From Candidatus Latescibacterota bacterium (GTDB taxonomy: Bacteria; Latescibacterota; UBA2968; GCA-2709665): a stretch of 64,000 nt of DNA. Location of the stretch: the NCBI GenBank assembly GCA_965205485.1, contig OZ242180.1, forward strand, positions 4,864,001-4,928,000, in the 5' to 3' direction. Under the pieces are notes generated by a model that saw only the letters and a program-made list of their open reading frames with translations, did no database searches and was not told the origin of the DNA. The position numbers and the translations under genes are program-made. The first letter of the stretch is position 1; every line of letters starts with the position of its first letter. Shown piece by piece: positions 48,071 through 57,911 of this stretch.

Positions 48071-50020
48071 ATGTCAGAACCGATGCCCCGAACAGGCAAC
48101 ATAACCGTCACCCTGCCGGACGGCTCTCGAAAGGACTTCCGGGAGGGCGTCACCATCCTGCAGGTGGCCGAATCCATCGGCTCCGGCCTTGCGCGCGCTG
48201 CGCTGGCCGGCAAGGTCAACGGCCGGGCCGTAGATCTCAGCTGTACGCTTCATGACGACGCCGAACTGGAGGTCCTCACCTTCTCCAGCGATGCAGGCAA
48301 GGAAGTGTACTGGCACAGCACCGCCCATATTATGGCGCAGGCGGTGCAGGACCTGTTTCCGGACGTCAAAGTCACGCTGGGGCCGCCCATCGAGAATGGC
48401 TTCTATTACGACTTCGATCGGGAACAGCCGTTCACGCCGGACGAATTGCGCAGAATCGAAGCCAGAATGCGGGAACTCATCGCGGAGGCCCAAGCCTTCG
48501 AGCGCCAGGAAGTCACCCGCGAGGCCGCGATCGATCTGTTCCGGGAACGAGGCGAGACCTATAAGCTGGAAATCCTGGAGGAGATCGAACCCGGCGAGAT
48601 CATCAGCATCTACAGGAATGCCGACAGGTGGCTGGACCTGTGCCGGGGGCCGCATGTTCCCGACACCGGCCGCATAAAGGCCGTAAGACTGCTGAGTTCT
48701 TCGGGCGCATACTGGCGGGGCGACGAAAACAACGTGATGCTCCAGCGCATCTACGGCATTTCCTTTCCGGGACAGAAGGATCTCAACGCCTATCTCGAGT
48801 ACCTGGAAGAAGCAAGGAACAGAGACCACAGGACCCTTGGCCGGCAGCTCGACCTCTTCTCGATCAACGATACGGCCGGCCCCGGTCTGGTTCTCTGGCA
48901 CCCCAACGGGGCGCGCATCAGGAACCAGATTGAAGATTTCTGGCGCGAAGCGCATTACGGCGGCGGCTATGACCTGGTGGGTTCGCCCCACATCGGCAGG
49001 TCCCGTCTCTGGGAAACCAGCGGACACCTGGATTTCTTTCGCGAGAACATGTACCCCCCAATGGACATCGACGGCCAGGCGTATTTCGCCAAGCCGATGA
49101 ATTGTCCATTCCACAGCCTCATCTACAAATCCCGCAGGCGCAGCTACAGAGAGCTTCCCTTCCGCTGGGCCGAACTGGGTACTGTCTACCGCTACGAAAT
49201 GGTCGGCACGCTGCACGGCCTGTTACGGGTGCGCGGTTTCACTCAGGACGACGCGCACATCTTCTGTCGTCCGGATCAGGTGGAGGACGAAGTCTCGCGG
49301 GTTATCGACTTTACGCTGTTCATCCTCAAGTCGTTCGGTTTCGAAGACTTTAACGTCTACATCTCAACCCGCCCCGAGAAAGCGGTTGGAGATCCAGCCG
49401 ATTGGCAACGAGCCACCGACGCGCTCAAGCGCGCCGTCGACGCCCAGAAGCTGCCGTACCGGATCGACGAAGGCGCCGGCGCGTTCTACGGTCCGAAGAT
49501 CGACGTGACGATCAACGATGCCCTGAACAGGGAATGGCAGTGCACGACCATACAGTTCGACTTCAACCTTCCGGAACGATTCGACCTCAGCTATGTCGGG
49601 TCAGACGGGAAGTTCCACCGGCCGTACATGGTTCACCGCGCCCTTCTGGGGGCCATGGAACGGTTCTTCGGCCTGCTGATCGAACACTATGCGGGAAACT
49701 TCCCGCTCTGGCTGGCTCCGGTGCAGGCCGTCGTACTTCCGATATCCGATCCGTTTGCCAACTACGCCGGCGAGGTTGCCAGCCAGCTCAACGGCGCAGG
49801 TCTCCGCGCAGAAGTGGACACGCAGGACGCCAGGTTGGGTTTCAAGATCCGCGAGGCTGAAATCCGGAAAATCCCTTATATGGTCATTGTGGGGAAGCAG
49901 GAAGCCGACGCGCAGTCGATCTCGGTCCGCAGGCATGGCGCCGGTGACCTGGGAAGCATGTCCACGCTCGACCTCATTGCCAGGATGCACAAGGAAGTCC
50001 AGACGAAAAGCGCGGAGTAG
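48071..50020 (+). CDS. thrS: Threonine--tRNA ligase
   Basis: TGS domain, HSTAH, DLCRGPH, RDHR, KPMNCP, RVRGFTQDDAH, FYGPKID. Confidence 0.98.
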   Translation: MSEPMPRTGNITVTLPDGSRKDFREGVTILQVAESIGSGLARAALAGKVNGRAVDLSCTLHDDAELEVLTFSSDAGKEVYWHSTAHIMAQAVQDLFPDVKVTLGPPIENGFYYDFDREQPFTPDELRRIEARMRELIAEAQAFERQEVTREAAIDLFRERGETYKLEILEEIEPGEIISIYRNADRWLDLCRGPHVPDTGRIKAVRLLSSSGAYWRGDENNVMLQRIYGISFPGQKDLNAYLEYLEEARNRDHRTLGRQLDLFSINDTAGPGLVLWHPNGARIRNQIEDFWREAHYGGGYDLVGSPHIGRSRLWETSGHLDFFRENMYPPMDIDGQAYFAKPMNCPFHSLIYKSRRRSYRELPFRWAELGTVYRYEMVGTLHGLLRVRGFTQDDAHIFCRPDQVEDEVSRVIDFTLFILKSFGFEDFNVYISTRPEKAVGDPADWQRATDALKRAVDAQKLPYRIDEGAGAFYGPKIDVTINDALNREWQCTTIQFDFNLPERFDLSYVGSDGKFHRPYMVHRALLGAMERFFGLLIEHYAGNFPLWLAPVQAVVLPISDPFANYAGEVASQLNGAGLRAEVDTQDARLGFKIREAEIRKIPYMVIVGKQEADAQSISVRRHGAGDLGSMSTLDLIARMHKEVQTKSAE

Positions 50021-50080
50021 TCCCCTCTATTCTCCAATCAGGCCCGACCGCGGCCCGGATCAAATTCGGAGGTGATCGGT

Positions 50081-50617
50081 ATCAACAGAGGTCCAAGAGT
50101 TTTCAGAGATCGAAAGCAGGAACGAGCGCCCCGCGTCAACGAACAGATTCGAATACCCCAGATCCGGCTTGTCGACAAGGATGGCGAGCAGGTCGGCATC
50201 GTGGAAACCAGGAAGGCGATGGAAATGGCAATGGAGGCCGACCTCGACCTGGTCGAAGTCGCTCCTAACGCCCGTCCGCCGGTCTGCCGGATCATGAACT
50301 ACGGCAAGTACAGGTATGAGCAGAGCAAGAAGCAGAAGAAAGGCAAGAAGACCGGATCGCAGCTGAAAGAGATCCGCCTCGGTCCCAGAATCAGCGATCA
50401 CGATTACGAATTCAAGATACGCCACGCCGAAAACTTCCTGAAACACCGACACAAGGTCAGAATCACCGTGGAATTTCGCGGCCGTCAGAATATGTACCGA
50501 ATGCAGGGCAGAGAGTTGCTGGAACGGGCTGAAGAGGACCTTCGTGAGATCGGCGCGGCCGAAATGCCCATCAGGGACGAGGGTCGAAACATCGTCGTCA
50601 TTCTTGCGCCGAAGTAA
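50081..50617 (+). CDS. infC: Translation initiation factor IF-3 (probable ATC start)
   Basis: RVNEQIR, DLVEVAPNARPPVCRIMNYGKY, FRGRQ; SD GGAGGTGA precedes in-frame ATC. Confidence 0.95.
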   Translation: MNRGPRVFRDRKQERAPRVNEQIRIPQIRLVDKDGEQVGIVETRKAMEMAMEADLDLVEVAPNARPPVCRIMNYGKYRYEQSKKQKKGKKTGSQLKEIRLGPRISDHDYEFKIRHAENFLKHRHKVRITVEFRGRQNMYRMQGRELLERAEEDLREIGAAEMPIRDEGRNIVVILAPK

Positions 50618-50692
50618 GTTCCGCCGAGCGGCCCGGCTGCCGGTTTCCAAACTCAGTGCGCCACAAAAACGAGCCTTTCCAAGGAGTTGAAC

Positions 50693-50887
50693 GTGCCCAA
50701 AATGAAAACCCACCGAGGAGCGGCGAAACGGTTCAAACGCCGGAAATCCGGCGTTATCGGCCGCGGGAAGTCAACGGTCACGCATAATCTGACAAGCAAG
50801 AGCAGCAAACGCAAAATGCATCTGCGCAAACCCACCGTGGTGCATAAATCCGATCAGGACCGGGTTCAGCGCCTGCTACCCAACTGA
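50693..50887 (+). CDS. rpmI: 50S ribosomal protein L35
   Basis: [26 protein letters not shown] start. Confidence 0.96.
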   Translation: MPKMKTHRGAAKRFKRRKSGVIGRGKSTVTHNLTSKSSKRKMHLRKPTVVHKSDQDRVQRLLPN

Positions 50888-51016
50888 CGGACCGAACCGA
50901 TTTCAAGTTGGAAGCGCCGTTCCATCGTACCTTCACCGGCTCTCGGATTCAGCCCGTACCGGACAGGACGCAGACGCAGCGCGCACAACTTGCAGGCGTA
51001 CCAGGAGACCATCGAC

Positions 51017-51370
51017 ATGCCAAGAACGACGAACAGCGTCGCTTCGCGACGCAGGCGAAAGAAAGTACTGAAGGCCGCTCGCGGGTACCGGGGAGGGCGA
51101 AGCAAGCTGTATCGCACCGCGGACGACGCCGTCAACCGCGCCCTTTCCTATGCATACAGGGACCGTCGTCAGAAAAAGAGAAATTTCAGATCTTTGTGGA
51201 TCGTTCGAATCAATGCCGCCGCACGGCTGAACGGCCTCTCGTACAGCTGCCTGATCAACGGCCTGAAAAAGGCCGATATTTCCGTCGACAGAAAGGTCCT
51301 GGCCAACCTCGCCGTCACAGATCCGGCGGCGTTCTCCGCGTTGGCCCAACAAGCCCGCCAACACGTGTAA
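51017..51370 (+). CDS. rplT: 50S ribosomal protein L20
   Basis: MPR...[38 protein letters not shown]. Confidence 0.98.
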   Translation: MPRTTNSVASRRRRKKVLKAARGYRGGRSKLYRTADDAVNRALSYAYRDRRQKKRNFRSLWIVRINAAARLNGLSYSCLINGLKKADISVDRKVLANLAVTDPAAFSALAQQARQHV

Positions 51371-51465
51371 TCTGCCCGCCAGGGCCGACGGAACCCATCG
51401 CTGCATCGCCCCCTCGAATCGCTTCCGAATTCGTTCCCGCCCCCCTTGCGTACGGTATCCCGTCC

Positions 51466-51494
51466 TTGACTTTACGCCATGGACGTGTTACATT
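51466..51494 (+). promoter_or_regulatory. sigma70 promoter for zapB-like/zapA
   Basis: TTGACT-N17-TACATT. Confidence 0.65.
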
Positions 51495-51566
51495 GCGTAG
51501 TACGCTGTATTGTCGCCTCAATGCACGACTTTCTGAGAACTGTGTCTGCAAGGAAAGGGTGAGAAT

Positions 51567-52130
51567 ATGGAAGCGCAAGATCCGGTAAACAAACAATTGG
51601 ATTCGGAAGCCAGTGACGCCGCACCCTTCGTATCTGTCAATGAACCGGAGGAGCCGTTGGAATCGGATGGCCCGGAAGAAGGTCAGCTCGATTTGCAGGA
51701 TCAGCAGAGCGGTTCCTTTGAATCCCCCGGCGCGACAGACGAACCGCAGGAACCGGATGGCCGGGAAGATCCACAGATTGAACTTGACGACCGGGTAGAC
51801 GGAGAACCGGGAGCCGATGACGTGGAAGACGACCGGCTGGAGTCGGAAAGCCTCGTTTCCGATCAGCTGGATCTGCTTTTTGGCGAGATCGATCGCGCAG
51901 TCGGCGTTATCGGACAGTTACGTGAGGAAATCGCCGAACTCGAGCGGAGAAACGGGGAACTCCAGCAGCGGCTGGAAGCGCAGGATCAGGTTATCAACGG
52001 GTTGCAGGCCGAACGGGAACGTCTCCGGTCTATTTACGACAGAAATGCTTCACTGATTGAGAACAGGGAGGAGATCCAACGCAAAATCGAAACCATGATC
52101 TCGCGTCTGGATTCAGTGAACACAGCGTAA
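51567..52130 (+). CDS. ZapB-like coiled-coil protein with long acidic N-terminal extension
   Basis: C-terminal heptads ending REEIQRKIETMISRLD; position directly before zapA. Confidence 0.65.
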   Translation: MEAQDPVNKQLDSEASDAAPFVSVNEPEEPLESDGPEEGQLDLQDQQSGSFESPGATDEPQEPDGREDPQIELDDRVDGEPGADDVEDDRLESESLVSDQLDLLFGEIDRAVGVIGQLREEIAELERRNGELQQRLEAQDQVINGLQAERERLRSIYDRNASLIENREEIQRKIETMISRLDSVNTA

Positions 52131-52197
52131 AACAGCAACGTCGACATCCACACGGAACCACATCGTTTCACATCGCCACCGGATGTCTAGAGGACTC

Positions 52198-52482
52198 ATG
52201 TCTGAACAACCGGCAATACGCGTCCAGATCTTCGGCACCGAATACAACATCCACGCTGAAGGCGACCCGGACCATGCCCGGACCGTCGCTCGATACGTGG
52301 ACCGGAAAATGCGTGATGTCGCAAACTACATTTCACTTCGTTCGGTTGCCAAAATCGCAGTCGTTGCGGCCGTGAATCTTGCGCACGAACTGCTCAGAGA
52401 GGAAGAAGCCAGTCGGAACATGGGAAAGACCCTGACCGAACAGACCCAGAATCTGGCGACTTTCACAAACCGGATCGCGTAG
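52198..52482 (+). CDS. zapA: Cell division protein ZapA
   Basis: IRVQIFGTEYNI, VARYVDRKMR, KIAVVAAVNLAHEL. Confidence 0.9.
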   Translation: MSEQPAIRVQIFGTEYNIHAEGDPDHARTVARYVDRKMRDVANYISLRSVAKIAVVAAVNLAHELLREEEASRNMGKTLTEQTQNLATFTNRIA

Positions 52483-52552
52483 AGACGACCTCAAACAAAA
52501 AGGGCGTGCCGGCGGTCGCGGGCACCCCTGCCGGATAATCGATTCCGGTGTT

Positions 52553-52642
52553 GCCTGCTGCGTTCATCTGTAACCATCCGGAGCGGACACTCCTGCCCGG
52601 ACGGGATGTACGGAACCGGATGAATGCAAGCGGGTTTTTTTT
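52553..52642 (+). ncRNA. ssrS: Short 6S-like RNA
   Basis: Closing stem CCUGCUGCGUUCAUCUG/CGGAUGAAUGCAAGCGGG, internal bubble, inner stem, U-run; zapA-rny position. Confidence 0.6.
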
Positions 52643-52676
52643 ATGCGCGTGGTACCTATAATGCGGGGAGACCAGA

Positions 52677-54263
52677 ATGAACCTGCCGATAGACACGACC
52701 ATGGAAGTCGTGACCGTTCTCATGCTGTCGGCCGGCCTGCTCATACTGGGATTTATCCTGGGATGGCTGATCAGCGGCAAGATCGGGCAAAGCAAGATCC
52801 ATCGCGCCGAACTATCCGCGGAAAAGATCCTCGAAGATGCCCAGACCGAGGCGGACGCGATGAAGCGGACCGCAGTCCTCGAAGCCAAAGACAGGATACA
52901 GCAGGAGCAGCTCCGGTTCGAACAGGAACTCGAAGAAAAACGCGATCGGTCCGCGCGGGAGGAAATGAAGCTGAGCAGTCTCAGAAGGCAGCTTGACAAA
53001 CGTGCGGACCTGTTGAACGACAAGGAGAAACTGGCAACCGAGAAAAACGAGCAGCTCCGGCAGCTGGAGGAGCAACTCGCCGGTCGGGAACGGGATCTCG
53101 AACAGAGCCGGCTGGTGCAGAACAGGCGTCTGGAACAAATCGCGGGTCTCACGAAGGACGAAGCAAAACGCGTCCTGATGGCCAACATGGAAGAGGAGGC
53201 GGAACGCGATGCGGAATGGCGTCTCAAGGAAATCCGCGACGACGCGCTCGTCCGCGCCAACGACGAGGCCCGGGAGATTATAGCCGGCGCGATTCAGCGA
53301 TTGGCCGCCGACCACACGATCGAATCTACCGTTGCGGTCGTACGGCTTCCTTCCGACGAGATGAAGGGGCGAATCATCGGCCGCGAGGGGCGGAACATCC
53401 GTGCCTTTGAAATGGCGACCGGCGTGGATGTCACGATAGACGACACCCCGGAAGCAGTCATCCTGTCGGGGTTCGATCCCATACGCCGCGCCATCGCCCA
53501 GATCGCCATGGAGCAACTCATTCTGGACGGTCGCATCCACCCGGGCCGAATCGAGGAAATCGTCCAGAAATCGCGGGAGTCCATTCAGGAAGTGATGCAC
53601 GATGCCGGCGTTCAGGCGGCATTCGACGCCGGCGTACCGGGCCTGCACGATCGCCTCGTTGCCTGTCTGGGCCGCCTCAAATACCGGACGAGCTACGGCC
53701 AGAACGTGCTGAATCACAGTAAGGAGGTGGCCTTCCTTACCGGCATGATGGCCACCTCGCTCGGCCTCGACGCCCAATTGGCCAAACGCGCGGGACTGCT
53801 TCACGATATCGGAAAGGGGCTGGCGCACGAGGCCGAGGGCACGTACGGAGAAAATGGCGCCGACCTGGCGCGCAAATACGGCGAAGACGCAATCGTTATC
53901 AACGCGATCGAAGCCCATCATGGAGACTCGGACCCCGTTTCACCGGTCGCCGTACTTGTGGACGCCGCCGATTCCATATCCCGGTCCCGGCCGGGCGCCC
54001 AGCGTGAACAGATCGAGAATTACGTCCGGCGACTGGAACGCCTGGAGTCCATCGCCAAGATGGTACAGGGCGTGGAATCCGTCTTCGCCATCAAGGCGGG
54101 ACAGGAGGTCCGGGTGGTTGCGGATTCCGATATGATGAGCGACGCAGACACCGAACGCCTGGCGACGCAGATCGTATCGCGCCTCACCGAGGACGCCACC
54201 TGCCCGGGTCCGGTCAAGGTCACCGTCATCAGAGAAACGCGCTCGGTGGATTTCGCGCGCTGA
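52677..54263 (+). CDS. rny: Ribonuclease Y
   Basis: N-terminal TM, coiled coil, KH domain MKGRIIGREGRNIR, HD domain LLHDIGK. Confidence 0.97.
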   Translation: MNLPIDTTMEVVTVLMLSAGLLILGFILGWLISGKIGQSKIHRAELSAEKILEDAQTEADAMKRTAVLEAKDRIQQEQLRFEQELEEKRDRSAREEMKLSSLRRQLDKRADLLNDKEKLATEKNEQLRQLEEQLAGRERDLEQSRLVQNRRLEQIAGLTKDEAKRVLMANMEEEAERDAEWRLKEIRDDALVRANDEAREIIAGAIQRLAADHTIESTVAVVRLPSDEMKGRIIGREGRNIRAFEMATGVDVTIDDTPEAVILSGFDPIRRAIAQIAMEQLILDGRIHPGRIEEIVQKSRESIQEVMHDAGVQAAFDAGVPGLHDRLVACLGRLKYRTSYGQNVLNHSKEVAFLTGMMATSLGLDAQLAKRAGLLHDIGKGLAHEAEGTYGENGADLARKYGEDAIVINAIEAHHGDSDPVSPVAVLVDAADSISRSRPGAQREQIENYVRRLERLESIAKMVQGVESVFAIKAGQEVRVVADSDMMSDADTERLATQIVSRLTEDATCPGPVKVTVIRETRSVDFAR

Positions 54264-54427
54264 ACCGGCCGGCGCGACTCCGGTCGCATTCCGGGCGTTC
54301 TTTCCCGCGGCATCAGCAACCCGGGCGTCCGCACGGGCCGTTCCGGAGTTGCCTCGGGGCGACAGACAATTTACCGGCGTTCGTTTTGCGCACCGTCAAT
54401 CGTTGATTGCTCTTTGTGGGTTTCCTT

Positions 54428-55216
54428 TTGAATATCCTGTTTGTTGGCGATATCTACGGCAGGCCCGGCAGAAAGGCGGCCGCCGACCTGATTCCCCGGC
54501 TCAGGGAGAGTCACCGGATCGATTTTTGCATTGCCAACGGCGAAAACGCCGCGGGCGGTTTCGGCATCACCGAGAACATCGCCAAGAAACTCTTCGCCTA
54601 CGGGGCGGATGTAATCACCACGGGAAACCATGTCTGGGACCGCAAAGACGCCATCCCATACATCTTCGGAGCCGACCGCGTTCTGCGCCCCGCTAATTTT
54701 CCGGATAGCGTCGGCGGCGCCGGCTACGGCATCTTCAACGCCTCAAACGGCGCCCCGGTCGGCGTCGTCTGCATGCAAGGCCGGGTAAATATGCTCGACC
54801 TGGACTGCCCCTTCCGCGTCGGAAGGGATATCGTGGACTGTCTGAGACAACGGACCACGGCGATCGTCGTCGATTTTCACGCAGAAGCGAGTTCCGAAAA
54901 AATCGCGTACGGATGGTTTATGGACGGCCGCGCCAGCGCCGTACTTGGCACGCATACCCACGTACAGACAGCCGATGAGCGTATTCTGCCGGGCGGTACG
55001 GCCTACGTGTCCGACGCCGGCATGACCGGCCCTCACGACTCCGTGATCGGCGCCCGGAAGGAGGCTGTCATCCAGCGGTTTCTGGACCGGACGCCTGTGC
55101 GGTTCGAACCGGCTGAAAACGATATCAAGCTATGCGGCGTCGTCGTGGAAGTCGAAGAAGAAACCGGGAAAGCGACACGCATTGAAAGATTGCGCGTCGA
55201 CTGGCAGGAGGCCTGA
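54428..55216 (+). CDS. ymdB: TIGR00282/YmdB family metallophosphoesterase
   Basis: ILFVGDIYG, NGENAAGG, TGNH, DFHAEASSEK, GTHTHVQTAD; TTG start. Confidence 0.93.
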   Translation: MNILFVGDIYGRPGRKAAADLIPRLRESHRIDFCIANGENAAGGFGITENIAKKLFAYGADVITTGNHVWDRKDAIPYIFGADRVLRPANFPDSVGGAGYGIFNASNGAPVGVVCMQGRVNMLDLDCPFRVGRDIVDCLRQRTTAIVVDFHAEASSEKIAYGWFMDGRASAVLGTHTHVQTADERILPGGTAYVSDAGMTGPHDSVIGARKEAVIQRFLDRTPVRFEPAENDIKLCGVVVEVEEETGKATRIERLRVDWQEA

Positions 55217-55218
55217 AC

Positions 55219-56430
55219 GTGGCGGAGCGCCCATACACCGTAACCGAGATAACGCAGGCCATTCGACAGAATCTGGAAGCGGAGTTCCCGGTCCTCTGGA
55301 TCGTCGGTGAAATCTCGCAATACAACCAGGCGGCTTCCGGCCACCGTTATTTCACCCTCATCGATCAGAACTGCCAGCTTCGCTGTGTGATGTGGCGGTC
55401 AGTCAAGCCGGCCTTCAGGCCCGAAACCGGTGTAAAGGTACTCGCCCGGGGACGGATTACGGTCTACGAACGCAGCGGCGAGTACCAGTTGAACGTCGGC
55501 CAGCTCTTCCCGGCCGGCAGCGGTCAGCAGCAACTCGCCCTGGAAGCGCTGAAACTCAAACTTCGAGAGGAAGGTCTGTTCGACCAGGTGCGGAAGCGCC
55601 CGCTGCCGGCGTTCCCGCTTTCTGTCGGCGTGGTCACCTCGCGCACGGGGGCGGCGATCCGGGACATTCTGCACGTGCTGGAAAGGAGGTTCCGCGGGGT
55701 CAACATCGTCGTCCGGCCCACCCTGGTTCAGGGCGCCGGAGCCCCCGAAGACATCGCGCTGGCCGTCGACGAATTGAACGCTTACGGCAAGGTCGACGTC
55801 CTGATCGTGGGGCGCGGCGGGGGTTCCGCGGAAGACCTGGCCGCGTTCAACACCGAAATCGTCGTCCGGGCCATCCGCGGTTCCGGAATCCCGGTGATTT
55901 CCGCCGTAGGCCATGAAATCGACGTCACCCTTGCGGACCTTGCCGCGGACTGCAGGGCGCCCACGCCATCCGCGGCGGCCGAACTGGCCGTTCGCGACGC
56001 AGGCGAGTTGCGCGCCCGGATTCAGAACCTCGCGGGGAGGTCGTACGCCGCCCTCAATCGCTATCTGAAAGAAAACCAGGATCTGCTCGACAGCTATCTC
56101 GGCCGATACGGCTTACGGAAGGTCGAAGACAACATCCACCAGAGCATTCAGGCTGTCGACGAGCTTCAGAAGGGCCTTCAGAACGGTGTGAGGCGCATAT
56201 TCGACAAACGCCTGGCGTCGTACCGCCGGCACACTGGCGAACTCGGGGCGCTGAGCCCGCTCTCCGTCCTGAGCCGCGGATACAGCCTCACGCACCGGGT
56301 GGACAACAATGAACTGGTCACCCGCGCCGGGTCCCTCGTCGAGGACGATCGGGTCCGCGTTCGACTGTCGGAAGGCGAAATCACCTGCACGGTCGACGGT
56401 ATTCAGGCCACGAGCCCCGCAGATCGTTGA
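55219..56430 (+). CDS. xseA: Exodeoxyribonuclease VII large subunit
   Basis: GEIS, SGHRYFTL, RGGGSAEDL, SAVGHEID, PTPSAAAE. Confidence 0.97.
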   Translation: MAERPYTVTEITQAIRQNLEAEFPVLWIVGEISQYNQAASGHRYFTLIDQNCQLRCVMWRSVKPAFRPETGVKVLARGRITVYERSGEYQLNVGQLFPAGSGQQQLALEALKLKLREEGLFDQVRKRPLPAFPLSVGVVTSRTGAAIRDILHVLERRFRGVNIVVRPTLVQGAGAPEDIALAVDELNAYGKVDVLIVGRGGGSAEDLAAFNTEIVVRAIRGSGIPVISAVGHEIDVTLADLAADCRAPTPSAAAELAVRDAGELRARIQNLAGRSYAALNRYLKENQDLLDSYLGRYGLRKVEDNIHQSIQAVDELQKGLQNGVRRIFDKRLASYRRHTGELGALSPLSVLSRGYSLTHRVDNNELVTRAGSLVEDDRVRVRLSEGEITCTVDGIQATSPADR

Positions 56431-56461
56431 AAAGGCTTTTTTTAACCCAATGAGGAGTCAA

Positions 56462-56710
56462 ATGGCGGAAGGTGAACCCACGTTCGAAGATGCGCTCAAG
56501 CAGCTGGAGTCCGCGGTTGGAACCCTGGAATCCGGAAACCTGCCCCTGGCGGATGCGCTCCGCCTCTTCGAAGAGGGACTGAGAGCGTCCAACCTCTGTC
56601 GCGCCCGGCTGGAAGAGGCGAAGCAGCGCGTTGAAGTCCTGGCCGCCGAGAGCGGGAACGAGTTCAGGCTCACCGACCTGGATGCCGGTGAAGAACAACG
56701 GGCAGAGTAA
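56462..56710 (+). CDS. xseB: Exodeoxyribonuclease VII small subunit
   Basis: TFEDALKQLE...LESGNLPL...FEEG. Confidence 0.95.
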   Translation: MAEGEPTFEDALKQLESAVGTLESGNLPLADALRLFEEGLRASNLCRARLEEAKQRVEVLAAESGNEFRLTDLDAGEEQRAE

Positions 56711-56795
56711 CACCCATTGCGAGATTCAGCTATTCAGGATACATTTATAAAACCAGGGTGGGTTTTTCACGAAGACCGTTGATTGTTGGGTTGTT

Positions 56796-57039
56796 ATCCT
56801 GCTTCTGGTTTCTCATCCTGCACAATCCTGTCAATCCTGATCGGTTTTGATCTTGCTCTTTGGTTCTATTCCCGTTAATCCTGTTCGTTCCTGGCTCTTA
56901 TCCTGCATAAGGTTCTAATCCTGTTTCTTGCTTTTCGATCCTGCAGTCGGTTCTGATCCTGTTTTTGCCTTTAATCCTGCTTAATCCTGTTTTTGCCTTT
57001 TAATCCTGTCAATCCTGGTCGGTTTTGGTTTCTATCCTG
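56796..57039 (+). repeat. AT-rich tract with 14 direct copies of ATCCTG
   Basis: Copies counted at 56796, 56815, 56825, 56834, 56878, 56900, 56918, 56938, 56956, 56974, 56984, 57003, 57012, 57034. Confidence 0.9.
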
Positions 57040-57042
57040 TTT

Positions 57043-57909
57043 ATGAAACGAATTGGCATACTTGCATATATCGAACGGGACGGCATCGGTCCCATCATCC
57101 GGAACTTCGTGCGGCTCGCGCACGATCAGGACATCGATCTCATTCTGGAGGAACCGCTGCGGAAAATCCAGGGTTTCAACGGGGTGACCTTTCGTCCGGC
57201 CTCCGACCTCGCCCGCTATTCGGATATTGTCGTTGCGCTGGGCGGGGACGGCACAATACTCAGGGCAGCCAGACTGGTCGAGACCACGCAGAAACCCATT
57301 CTTGGCGTCAATCTCGGCCGCCTGGGGTTTCTGGCCGGAGCCGCGCCCGAAGAGTTGCGGGAAAGTCTGGGCAGATTGAAGCGGGGGGAATACCAGCTTG
57401 AAGAACGCATGGTCCTGGAAGCCGAGATCGGAAACAGGACCTTCTTTGCGCTCAATGAGTTCGTCATCGAAAAGGCCGTACTCGCCCGCCTGGTCCAGGT
57501 GAAGTCCTGGGTCTCCGAGACGCAGTTCAGTTCCTTTTTCGGAAACGGCATTATCGTCTCGACACCGACGGGTTCAACCAGCTACAACCTTTCCGCGGGA
57601 GGGCCCATACTCCATCCGGACCTGCGCGCGTTCGTTGTCACGCCCATATGCGCGCATTCGCTCTCGCTGCGCCCCGCGGTTATTCCGGGCAGTCAGTCGA
57701 TCACCGTTCAGGTTATCGCCGAACACACCGATATCATGGTCACCGCCGACGGCACGATCGTCTCACCCATCCAGCCCGAGGAACGCGTTCAGATCCGACA
57801 GGCCGACCACAACACCCGTCTGATCAACCTCCAGGGACTGTCCTTTTACGAGCTGCTCAGTCGCAAGCTGGACTGGAGCCTGGACCGGCGCGAACCGCAG
57901 GAGTCCTGA
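57043..57909 (+). CDS. nadK: NAD kinase
   Basis: LGGDGTIL, GVNLGRLGFL, ALNE, STPTGSTSYNLSAGGP. Confidence 0.96.
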   Translation: MKRIGILAYIERDGIGPIIRNFVRLAHDQDIDLILEEPLRKIQGFNGVTFRPASDLARYSDIVVALGGDGTILRAARLVETTQKPILGVNLGRLGFLAGAAPEELRESLGRLKRGEYQLEERMVLEAEIGNRTFFALNEFVIEKAVLARLVQVKSWVSETQFSSFFGNGIIVSTPTGSTSYNLSAGGPILHPDLRAFVVTPICAHSLSLRPAVIPGSQSITVQVIAEHTDIMVTADGTIVSPIQPEERVQIRQADHNTRLINLQGLSFYELLSRKLDWSLDRREPQES

Positions 57910-57911
57910 CC

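Noticed and set aside
56796..57039. Possible CRISPR array
   Set aside because: Repeat unit only 6-9 bp, irregular spacing, no unique spacers of 30+ bp and no cas genes
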